Shown: in pieces, positions 26,183 through 35,832 of the stretch
Layout of the letters: each line of letters begins with the position of its first letter
Numbering within the stretch: the first letter of the stretch is position 1
Source of the DNA: Yuukianura sp. NJ FZ-2021
Taxonomy: Eukaryota
Direction of reading: 5' to 3'
Assembly (NCBI GenBank): GCA_046563655.1
Contig: CM102286.1
Coordinates: 1,860,001-1,924,000, forward strand
DNA length: 64,000 bases
The notes under the pieces: model-generated
Databases searched by the model: none
Seen by the model: the letters and a program-made list of their open reading frames with translations, nothing else
Told to the model about the DNA's origin: nothing
Translations under genes and position numbers: made by a program

Positions 26183-27439
26183 TTAAAAAGTGATGATTAA
26201 CTTGACCAATATTTTGCTGACGACGTTTTTGAGTATTGCTGGAAAAGATTTGCGTTGGATATAGTAGGAGTTGCTCATTTTCCAGCGTAGTGGAGGACAC
26301 GACCTTCGAAATTGTGGACTCAGCAAGTGACGGTGACACTTCGGAAATTTGGCTGAAAATGTTGCCAAGTCTGACCAAATTTCCATGCAGTAAAAGTAGA
26401 TCGTGAATATTGTAGTGGCTACGATGGCTATAAGTGAGTGGAAAAAGAACATTTCATTGTGGGGCAATTTAAGGAGGGAGTAACTAGCTAAAATAAAAAT
26501 AGAAATTGACATAATTTGGAACACTGGAACGACAATTGAAGTGATCTGGACAACCTCGGTGTGGATTAATTGCATGCAGCGATAGAACAGTTCCGAGTCC
26601 AACACCGAAGTGTTTTTTTCAAAACGGACACTAGAAAAGAAATTTCAGAAAACTTTGCAATTTTGATTCGTGTTTATGTGTGGAATTTGTTTGGCTTACT
26701 TTATGTTTCTGATTTTCAACCAATTGTTTAAGCACTTATTCGTCACAATTGACAACATCACAAACAAATTTGCGTGGCCCCAGGCAATCCATGCGGAAGT
26801 GGAAATTACAACTACGAACAAATCTTGATTAAAGTGACAAAAATTTAGCGTCGAACGAAAATTTTCCATCAAAATCCAATCTGCTTCAAAGAAAATTCGA
26901 ATGCCTGGTAAGAATGCAAGTGGTGAACATAAGAAACCGATTGCCAGCGTCATCAGTATAGTTTCATTTCCATCTTTCTCGGGCTGTTTTTCATTAAATT
27001 TTTTCACTAAAAAAATTTCAAGTTTTTATACAAAAACTCAGTTTTTGTCAACTTTTATAAACTTACCAAAAAGTCCATTGAACTCCAAAACATGGTTGAT
27101 AAATTTGGAACCATTTTGAATTCGACTCAGGAGAAAGTGTGCTATTGCAAATGCATTAATTGCGCCGCAGAAGGTAAGCAAGGTGATGAATACTTGTTCA
27201 ACTGGTGGTCTGGTCACAGCACAAATTACGACTAAACTGACCATGGTTGCAGTAGGTCCTGTCCAAGCAGCACATAAAACAACTTTCCAGAGCGGAACTG
27301 GCAAGTATTTGTATGTACTCTTCGACACTTTGATTTCAACATGATTATTTTTGGAATCAAAGTAGAGTGGAAGTAAATTAAAAGAGTAATTAGGGTTCAA
27401 CAGAACTTTCAAAATTTGAAACGTTTTGTCTGAAATCAT
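26183..27439 (-). CDS. Seven-TM GR/OR-superfamily-like receptor, copy 9; exons 27439-27067, 27006-26700, 26630-26183
   Basis: Paralog with 373/307/448-nt exons, intact frame. Confidence 0.8.
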
Positions 27440-27937
27440 AATTTTGAATTCGAATTTTAAAAACAATAGGTGGTCTGAACAACGGAAATGAGGAACGATA
27501 TCTTTCGCTTTCGAAGCCAAAAAGTTTCGTCAAAATTTTCACTTAAGCTTAAATTATTTTGTCTATTTCATCTCGTTTTTGAAATGGAGTTTCACATTAG
27601 GCCGAAACTCTGGATAATTTATGAAATTTTGAGTCGAAGTGGTCTTATATGATCATTAGAACGTAGGCGAGTTTAGTTCATATGAATTTTTTATTTTTAA
27701 AGCAATAAACATTTCATGAAATCCGCTTAAAAAACATAACCACAGAAAGCTTTTCAGTTTTGAAGCATTTTGTGTAGTTATAAATTCAGAAATATATTCA
27801 CTGAATGAACAATACAGGGAATAGTGGTTAGTTTTTAGTTTACCAATTTTTCTTGTCTTCAGAAAATTAAGCAACATATTTTTCCAGATAAATACGAAAC
27901 GCCTATTTTTACTAACACTTAAACTAACACTTTTATT

Positions 27938-29564
27938 TTAAAAAGTTATGATTAGTTTGATCAAAATTTTGCCGACGACGTTTTTGAGTATAGATGGAAA
28001 AGATTTGCGTTGGATATAGTAGGAGTTGCCCATTTTCCATCGCAGTGGAGGACACGATCTTCGAAATTGTGGACTCAGCAAGTGACGGTGACATTTCGGA
28101 AATTTGGCTGAAAATGTTGCTGTGTCTGACCAATTTTCCATGCAGTAGAAGTATAAAGTGAATACTGTAGTGGCCGTGACGGCTATGAGTGTGCGGAAAA
28201 AGAACATTTCATGGTGGGGCAATTTGAGAAGAGCATAAGTAGCTAAAATAACAATAGACATTGACACAATTTGTACCACTGGAACGACAGTGGAAGTGAG
28301 CTGGACAGCCTCGGCATGGAGTAATTGCATGCAGCGATAGAACAGTTCCGAGTCCAGCACAGAAGTTGTTTTTTCGAGACGGACACTATAACAAAATTCA
28401 AAAAACTTTTCAAAATTTCCCCCGTTTTATTCATGTGTGGAATTTGCTTTTCTTACTTCCTGTTTCTGATTTTCAGCCAATCGTTCAAGCATCTATTGGT
28501 CATTATATGCAGTCCAGAAAACAAATTTGCATGCCCCCAAGAAATCCACGCGGAAATTGAAAGTACGACTATGAACAAATCGTGATTAACGTGACAAAAG
28601 TTTAACGTTAAACGAAAATTTTCCATCAAAATCCAATTTGTGAAAAAGCAAATATGAATTCCCGGATAAATTAGAAATGGTGAGCAGAAGGAAATGATAG
28701 CCAGCGTCATCAGTATCACTTCATTCCCGTCTTTCTCTGGCTCTTTTTCATTAAATTTCTTTCCTGAAAAATATTTATTTTATATTGTTGAACATTCTTG
28801 AAATAGTTAAAATTTTTGTTATTTCCGACCCTTTGTTTACTGTAAAATAATTTCGTTGCTATTAACAATTTTGATGACTGAACACAAATCTTAGGAACCA
28901 ATCGAACTGTTTTCTACGTTATACGATATTGCAAGTTTTTTTTTGTAGAAAAGAAGTACAATTGCGGAATTACGTCAAACCTGTAACTTCTCATTAGTAT
29001 ATAATTGGTTTTTTAGTATTAAATTATTTACAGGTACGAGACACCAAATGTAAGAATAATTTGCGACAGCAAAAATGCCGAGTTAATTGACGTGTAACTG
29101 ATTTTAGAATAAGAAAATACAATACACAAAAGGTCAGAAATAAAAAATCAAGCTATAGCTAAGGTTTAAAGAAGTTTTGTAAACTTACTAAAAAGTTCAT
29201 TGAATTCCAGAACATTTTTGATAAATTTTGCATCATTCTCGATTTGAGTCAAGAGAAAATGTATTACTGCAAATTCATTTATGATGCAGCAGAGGAACAG
29301 CAAAGTGGTGAATACTTGTTCAACTGGTGGTTTGGTCACAGCACAAATTACGACTAAATTGACAATTGTTGCAGTAGGTCCTGACCAAGCAGCACACAAA
29401 ACAACTTTCCAGAGCGGAACTGGCAAGTACTTGCAAGTACTTTTCTTCGTCACTTGGATTTCAACTGGACTTCTTTTGGATTCAATACAGATTGGAAGCA
29501 AATTAAACGAGTATTTAGGGTTCAACGCAAGTTGTAAAATCTGAAACGTTTTGGCTGAAATCAT
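27938..29564 (-). CDS. Seven-TM GR/OR-superfamily-like receptor, copy 10; exons 29564-29189, 28763-28457, 28385-27938
   Basis: Paralog with 376/307/448-nt exons; intron 1 expanded to 425 nt. Confidence 0.8.
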
Positions 29565-30230
29565 AGTTTCAATTTTAATCGGAATTTTAAAAGCAATAGA
29601 AATTGTTCTGAACAATGGAAATCGTGAATGCTCGTGTTCAAAAACAAAAAATTCAGTGCAAACTTTTGCTTAAGCTTAAATTTTTTCCTATATTTGTTCA
29701 AGTTTTTGAAATTGAGTTCGCCCTTAGACCAAAATTATCGATAATTTATGAAATTTTGAGTCGAAGCGATCGTAAATAATGATTAGAACGTAACAAGGTT
29801 AGTTCAAAGGAGTTTTGTATTTCTAACAAACATTTCAGTAAAGCCGCTTGAAAAAAGTAGCAACAAAACTTTTCGGTTTCAGCGGTTTTTGTAAAGTTGT
29901 AAAGTTATGAATTCCGAACAAGGTCTGTGCATAAAACAAACATCAAGCATTATATTGATTAGTCGTCAGTTTATGTCTATCAAAATAAAATTGATGTCGA
30001 AAATATTTAAAATTTGGAAGGTTATGTCTCTTGGAAAACATAACAAAATGGATGCAATTTTGAAGGAATTTTCTAAAATTTATGAATCCAGCTGAGTTCA
30101 CGTGGAGCATATCAACCTGAAACCAATTGCCAGCTTCACAATTTGTGTCAAAAAACAACAGAAGCAACATATTTTTCAAAATGCTTTTTGAAAGCAACAT
30201 AAATTTTTTTTTAATTGAAAGGAATCGTGC

Positions 30231-31487
30231 TTAAAAAGTGATGATTAATTTGACCAAAATTCTGCCAAAGACATTTTTGAGTATTGATGGAAAAGATTTG
30301 CGTTGAATATAGTAGGAGTTGCCCATTTTCCATCGCAGTGGAGGACACGACCTTCGAAATTGTGGACTCAGCAAGTGACGGTGACATTTTGGAAATTTGG
30401 CTGAAAATGCTGCAGTGTCTGAAAAAAGTTCCATGATGTAGTAGTAGACAGTAAATATTGAGAGAGCTATGACGACCACAAGTGACTGAAAATAGAACAT
30501 GTCATGATGCCAAAGTTTAAGGAGGGAGTAACTCGCCAAGATTAGGATTGACATTCCCATGATTTGAAAAACTGGAGTCACAATTTCAGAAAGTTGAACC
30601 GCCTGTCCATGCAGTAGCTGGACGCAGCGATAGAATAGTTCCGAATCCGCCACGGAAGTTGTCGTTTCTACCCGGACGCTGCAAAAACAATTTTTTCCAA
30701 AATTACAATTTCAAAAATTTTGTGAATTTTAAATTATGATATCTTACTTTCTGTTTCTTATTTTCAGCCAATTGTTTAGGCACTTTACTGCTACAATTAT
30801 CATTCCACAATACAAATTTGAGTGACCCCATAAAATCCAAACAGAGCTGGACAATGTAACTAAAACCAACTTTTGGTTTAAGTGACAAAAATTTAGCGTC
30901 CAACGAAAATTTTCCATCAAAATCCAATTCTTGTAAAGAAAAATTCGAAATCCAAGAAAAATAGTGATTGGCGAAAATAAGAAACTTGTGGCCAGCATCA
31001 TCAGCATTGCTTCGGTTCCATCTTTCCGCGGCGGGCTTTGGCTAAATTTTTGTTCTAAAAATTAAAAAGAAAACCTTATTAAGTGGCAAAATAGTTTTTA
31101 GAATGTGAACTTACTGAAGAGTTCATTAAATTTCAAGACATTGTTGGTAACTTTGACAAATTTGTCCCCTCGAGTCAACAGGCAATGTGCTATTGTAATT
31201 TCAGTTAACACGCCACAAGTAAGTAATAAGACCGCAAATACTTGTGTAGCTGGTGGTTTAGTCACAGCGCAAATTACTAGCAAATCAATTAATAATGCAG
31301 TAGGTACTGTTGACGCAGCGTACAAAACAATTTTCCACAGTGGAACTGGAAAGTACTTCCAAGTACTTTTAGTCAATTGCAGCTCAACTCTATTCTTTTT
31401 GAAATCAATATAGACTGGAACTAAATTAAAAGAATATTTCGAATTTAACAAAATTTTCAAAATTTCGAAAGTTTTGTCTGAAATCAT
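30231..31487 (-). CDS. Seven-TM GR/OR-superfamily-like receptor, copy 11; exons 31487-31115, 31054-30748, 30678-30231
   Basis: Paralog with 373/307/448-nt exons, intact frame. Confidence 0.8.
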
Positions 31488-31997
31488 AGTTACAAATTGA
31501 AAATTGAAGTTAATGGCTTGGGTTTCCAGAAAAAGAGCTGCTGGTGCTGAGCAATGTAAAAGCTTAAACTGCTTATTTTCGGAGCAAAAATTTCATCAAA
31601 TTTGCCAAAAATTTGCCTAAACGAATTAAATTATTGGATAGTATTTCCTGTTTTTCTTTTAAATCAACCGGAAGTCTTGACGATTAATTTTAAAATTTTA
31701 TGAATTTTTACATCCGGTAGAAAGTTCGTGGTTTGTTGTGCCTTATGTTGCTTAGAATGTTGAAGATAATTTAATGGCAAAATACTTTTTACATCCAAAA
31801 ACCACCTCTTTTGTCAAAAAAGGAAAAAAATAGATGAAGGTTAGGATAATGTTTCTTTTTGGAAAAAAAAACAACACACTAAAAACTCAAATGCACTAAA
31901 AAAAATCATGAGTGACTTCAATTAATTTTTTGGCCTAAAAAGCAATAATTGTATACAACAAGAGAATCACTGATGAGATTCATTGAATTTTTGCTGT

Positions 31998-33254
31998 TTA
32001 AAAAGTAATGACTAATTTGACCAAAATTTTGCCGATGACGTTTTTGAGTATTGATGGAAAAGATTTGCGTTGGATATAGTAGGAGTTGCTCATTTTCCAT
32101 CGCAGTGGAGGACACGACCTTCGAAATTCTGGACTCAGCAAGTGACGGTGACATTTCGGAAATTTGGCTGAAAATTCTGCAGTGTCTGAGAAAAGTTCCA
32201 TGATGTAGTAGGAGAGTACAAATATTGTGATACCTACGATGACCACAAGTGCCTGAAAGTGGAACATGTCATGATGCCATAATTTAATGAGGGAGTAATT
32301 AGCTAGGATTAGAATTGACATTGCCGTGACTTGGATAACTGGCATAACTATTTCATAAAGTTGGACAGCCTGTCCATGCAAGAGCTGGAGGCAGCGATAG
32401 AATAGTTCCGAATCCACCACCGAAGTTGTTGCTTCCATCCGGATGCTGCAAAAACAAGTTTCTCGAAATGCGAATTGTAAAAATTTTCTGGATTGTTTAA
32501 ATTAATATAATCTTACTTTCTGTTTCTTATTGCCAACCATTGGTTTATGCACTTTAGTGTGACAATTGCCATTCCACCAACCAAGTTTGCGTGTCCCCAC
32601 ATTATCCAAACGGAGCTGGACAATGCAACTAAAATCAACGTGTGATTCAAGTGGCAAAAATTTAGCGTCCAACGAAAATTTTCCATCAAAATCCAATCCA
32701 TGCCAATGAAAATCCGAAATCCGAGAACAGTTGTGATTGGCGAAGAAAGGAAACTGGCGGCCAGCATCATCAGCACTACTTCGGTTCCATCTTTCCGTGG
32801 CGGGTCTTGGCTAAACTTTTGTTCTAAAAATTAAACATGAGTTTAGCTCTTGAACTGTTAAAATTTAGAATGTGAACTTACTGAAAAGTTCATCAAATTT
32901 CAGGACATTGTTGACAAATTTGACATAGTTTTCTGGTCGAGTCAACAGAAAATGGGCTGCCGTAATGTGAATTAACGCGCCACAAGTAAGTAACAAGATG
33001 GCAAATACTTGTTCAACTGGTGGTTTAGTTACAGCGCAAATTAGGAGCAAATCAATTATTGCTGCAGTAGGTGCTGTCAATGCAACGTACAAACCAATTT
33101 TCCAACGTGGAATTGGAATGTACTTCCAAGTATTTTTAGACAATTGGAGTTCAATTGGATTCTTTTTGGAATCAATGTAGGTTGGAATTAAATTAAAAGA
33201 ATATTTCGAGTTTAACAAAAATTTCAAAATTTCAATAGTTTTTCTTGAAATCAT
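31998..33254 (-). CDS. Seven-TM GR/OR-superfamily-like receptor, copy 12; exons 33254-32882, 32823-32517, 32445-31998
   Basis: Paralog with 373/307/448-nt exons, intact frame. Confidence 0.8.
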
Positions 33255-34225
33255 TGTTATGATTTGGAAATTGATGCAAAAACGTAGACTTTCGGGAAAC
33301 AATGTTGTACTGAGCAATGTAAAACGATGAATGTAAACGGTCTTTTTTTTTCTGCAAAATTTGAAAATTGAAGAAGAATTCATGCAAATCTATTTAAACG
33401 CCTTAAATTAATGGATAGTATTTCCTGTTTTTTTTAGTCGACGGGAGGCCGGAAGACGACTAAAATTTTTATGAATTGCACTTGTGTGGCGAAAGTTTGA
33501 AGTTTTGTGTTGTCTGGTGCGCTTTCGAATATCTATAATTTGATGTCAAAACACTTCCTTCAGGTTCTTGATGATCAAAATGTATATAATATAACGTATA
33601 TATTTCAATATAGTATACAAAAACTCCAACCAATATAAGCTAATGGTTATTAGTTCATCGGTTTTTTTTAAAAGGAAATGAACCATACGAAATTATCTCA
33701 AAATGACCTTCAGAGAAACACATTGCTGCGAAAAATTTTGATTGTCATCTTGTCGTGTTTTTATAAATTTTCGACAAATGTTTTAATTGTTGTAGAGTTA
33801 CAAAATAAAAATTATGGAACTTTGATTTTTAATTGAGAGGCAAAAAGTTAATAAAATAAACTAAATTGAATCAAATTAGTTTTTAGCAATGGCTGTGGTT
33901 TCGTTTACGGAAGGGAAAAAATGGTTTAAAAAATGTTAGCACAAGTGTCAAATGCTGTAAAAAAAATTTGGAGTATCTACATCAAGTCGTATTCAATTGT
34001 GTATGGAAATTTCAGTCTGCGCGGAAATTATTTTGTTGCATTCCAAGGACCAATTCCAAAAAAGAAAATACAAAACCGAAGTTGAATGTGAATTTACAAT
34101 TTCACATTCAATTTCAATCGCCGCGTTGCAATTTCAATCCACCACTACATAAACCAATTCAATTTTGTTCAAACTTTGTCTCCACTATAAACTTCTCACC
34201 TATAAAAAACAGTTTAAATTTAAAA

Positions 34226-34570
34226 ATGAAAATATTATTATTTTCGTGGCTAATCCTATTCACTCTATTAGAAAGAAACAATGAAGTAGCAACAAACACT
34301 GTACAGCCAGGAGCCAAAACTGCAAGAGTTTTGAAAAAGGCGGGTGAAACTTGTAGAAATGGTGCCAAATTTCAGCAGTGTGAACCACCCTTTAGATGTC
34401 AACGAAATAACATTTGTGGATTTGCGATGTCAACAAATGACGCAGAGAAGAATCGGCGTGCAGAAGCCAACAGTGGACTCAAATCACGTGGTGACAGTTG
34501 TAACCCAATTTTAAAGAGTATCCAATGTCAACATCCACTTCAATGCCTCGAAAGCTCAAAATGCGGCTAA
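34226..34570 (+). CDS. Small secreted cysteine-rich protein (114 aa) with two 4-Cys repeats
   Basis: Signal-like MKILLFSWLILFTLL; repeats LKKAGETC-x8-CEPPFRC-x5-CG and LKSRGDSC-x8-CQHPLQC-x5-CG; ctataaa motifs just upstream of the ATG. Confidence 0.7.
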   Translation: MKILLFSWLILFTLLERNNEVATNTVQPGAKTARVLKKAGETCRNGAKFQQCEPPFRCQRNNICGFAMSTNDAEKNRRAEANSGLKSRGDSCNPILKSIQCQHPLQCLESSKCG

Positions 34571-34769
34571 CAAAATCCTTACTCAAGTTTGTTTTTGAAA
34601 TTTTGCAAATTGTTGTAGACTTTTAGTAATAGGAATATTTTCATAATTAAAAGTTAAAACAACACTAAAAACCGAAATTGAGAAAACGAAAAGTAAAATA
34701 TAACCGTTAGATTTATTGCATGAAATTCTTTTAATAAGCTGAAAGTGTTAGCGGCTTCTCTGGTCAGAT

Positions 34770-35128
34770 TTAGCCTCGTTCACACCAGCATTGGAACAGG
34801 TTGCTGCAAGAAATTTTGTTTTCCAAATTTTGAATTCTGAAATCACTTGCGAAAGTTGTTTCACAAAATTTGACCTTACCAGTGACCTCCAGTTGCTCCT
34901 CGTGCAACTTCAGATGGTTGAAGACATGCGTTTTTACAGTTTTGAGATTGGAAGCAAGCTCCAGAGTAAGTTCCGGACAGGAAATCTAAAATAACACAAA
35001 ACACACTGCAAATTTAAAAAAAAAATCTGTTTTACTTTTTTAAGGAAATCAAAATTTTAACCTCCAGAAACAGCAGCGACCAGGAGGACAGTGAAGACAA
35101 ACAAGACAAAAATTCCAGCACGAGCCAT
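34770..35128 (-). CDS. Drosomycin-type CS-alpha-beta defensin precursor (68 aa); exons 35128-35062, 34985-34880, 34803-34770
   Basis: Spliced translation MARAGIFVLFVFTVLLVAAVSG|DFLSGTYSGACFQSQNCKNACLQPSEVARGATGGHCNLFQCWCERG*. Canonical GT-AG introns; TATA box tatataaaa at ~35209-35217. Confidence 0.85.
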
Positions 35129-35832
35129 TTTCAAAATTTTGAAAAGTTCAAATGATGTCTTTAAGTTCACAAATTCAGTTTGAATAAGAATTGTCTCAGA
35201 ATCGCCAGTTTTATATACGAGAATGGATCCTAATGAGATCGTGTTTCTTAAAACTTGGGCAAAATGTTACATTAAGCATTAATTAACAAACATTAGAAAA
35301 TCATTAACGAGTTTTCCAAATTTCCAAGTATTTCCAATTACTTTACGTTTCCAGGATTTCCAAAAAAAGAAACGCCCATTAGCGATTCCAAAATCACGCA
35401 TTTCGAAAATAACTTTTCGAAATACGAGCCGCAGTGCATTCTGTATATAATTTACTCTTGACAGTAAATATTTTCAGCAGCTAAATCGTAAAAAAAAATA
35501 CGATCTAAATTCATTCCAATTAAACACCACTACTAAATTTGCTGAAGTTCGAAATATTCTTAAAGTCTATGGAAAGAAACGGACCCGATGTTGGAGTTAT
35601 TTCAAAATTAAAGGAAGGCGGAAAACAAAGTTAAATATCTCGCCTACTAGTACAAAACCATGAAAATTAATTGGAAAGTGTAATTATTTTTTCAAAACTT
35701 AAAAAAAACAGTCAGAACTCATTCAAATTGCCCAAAAATGTAACGCAAGGTTGCGTAGATCCATAGTCAATGGTTATCGACGTAGGCGCAGTCAACGGTC
35801 AACCAATCTGAACGCAGCATACTGAAGTCATT

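Noticed and set aside
10422..32154. Recurring alternative-frame ORF MSPSLAESTISKVVSS... overlapping each receptor 3' end, and antisense ORFs over exon 1
   Set aside because: Explained by near-identical DNA among paralogs; starts and stops are inconsistent between copies.
33968..34225. N-terminal 86 aa of the 200-aa ORF
   Set aside because: Begins at TTG and contains TATA-like motifs; the ATG at 34226 gives a proper signal peptide.
35305..35365. Cluster of tttcc motifs upstream of the defensin resembling NF-kB sites
   Set aside because: None matches a full GGGRNNYYCC consensus; such motifs are frequent in this AT-rich DNA.
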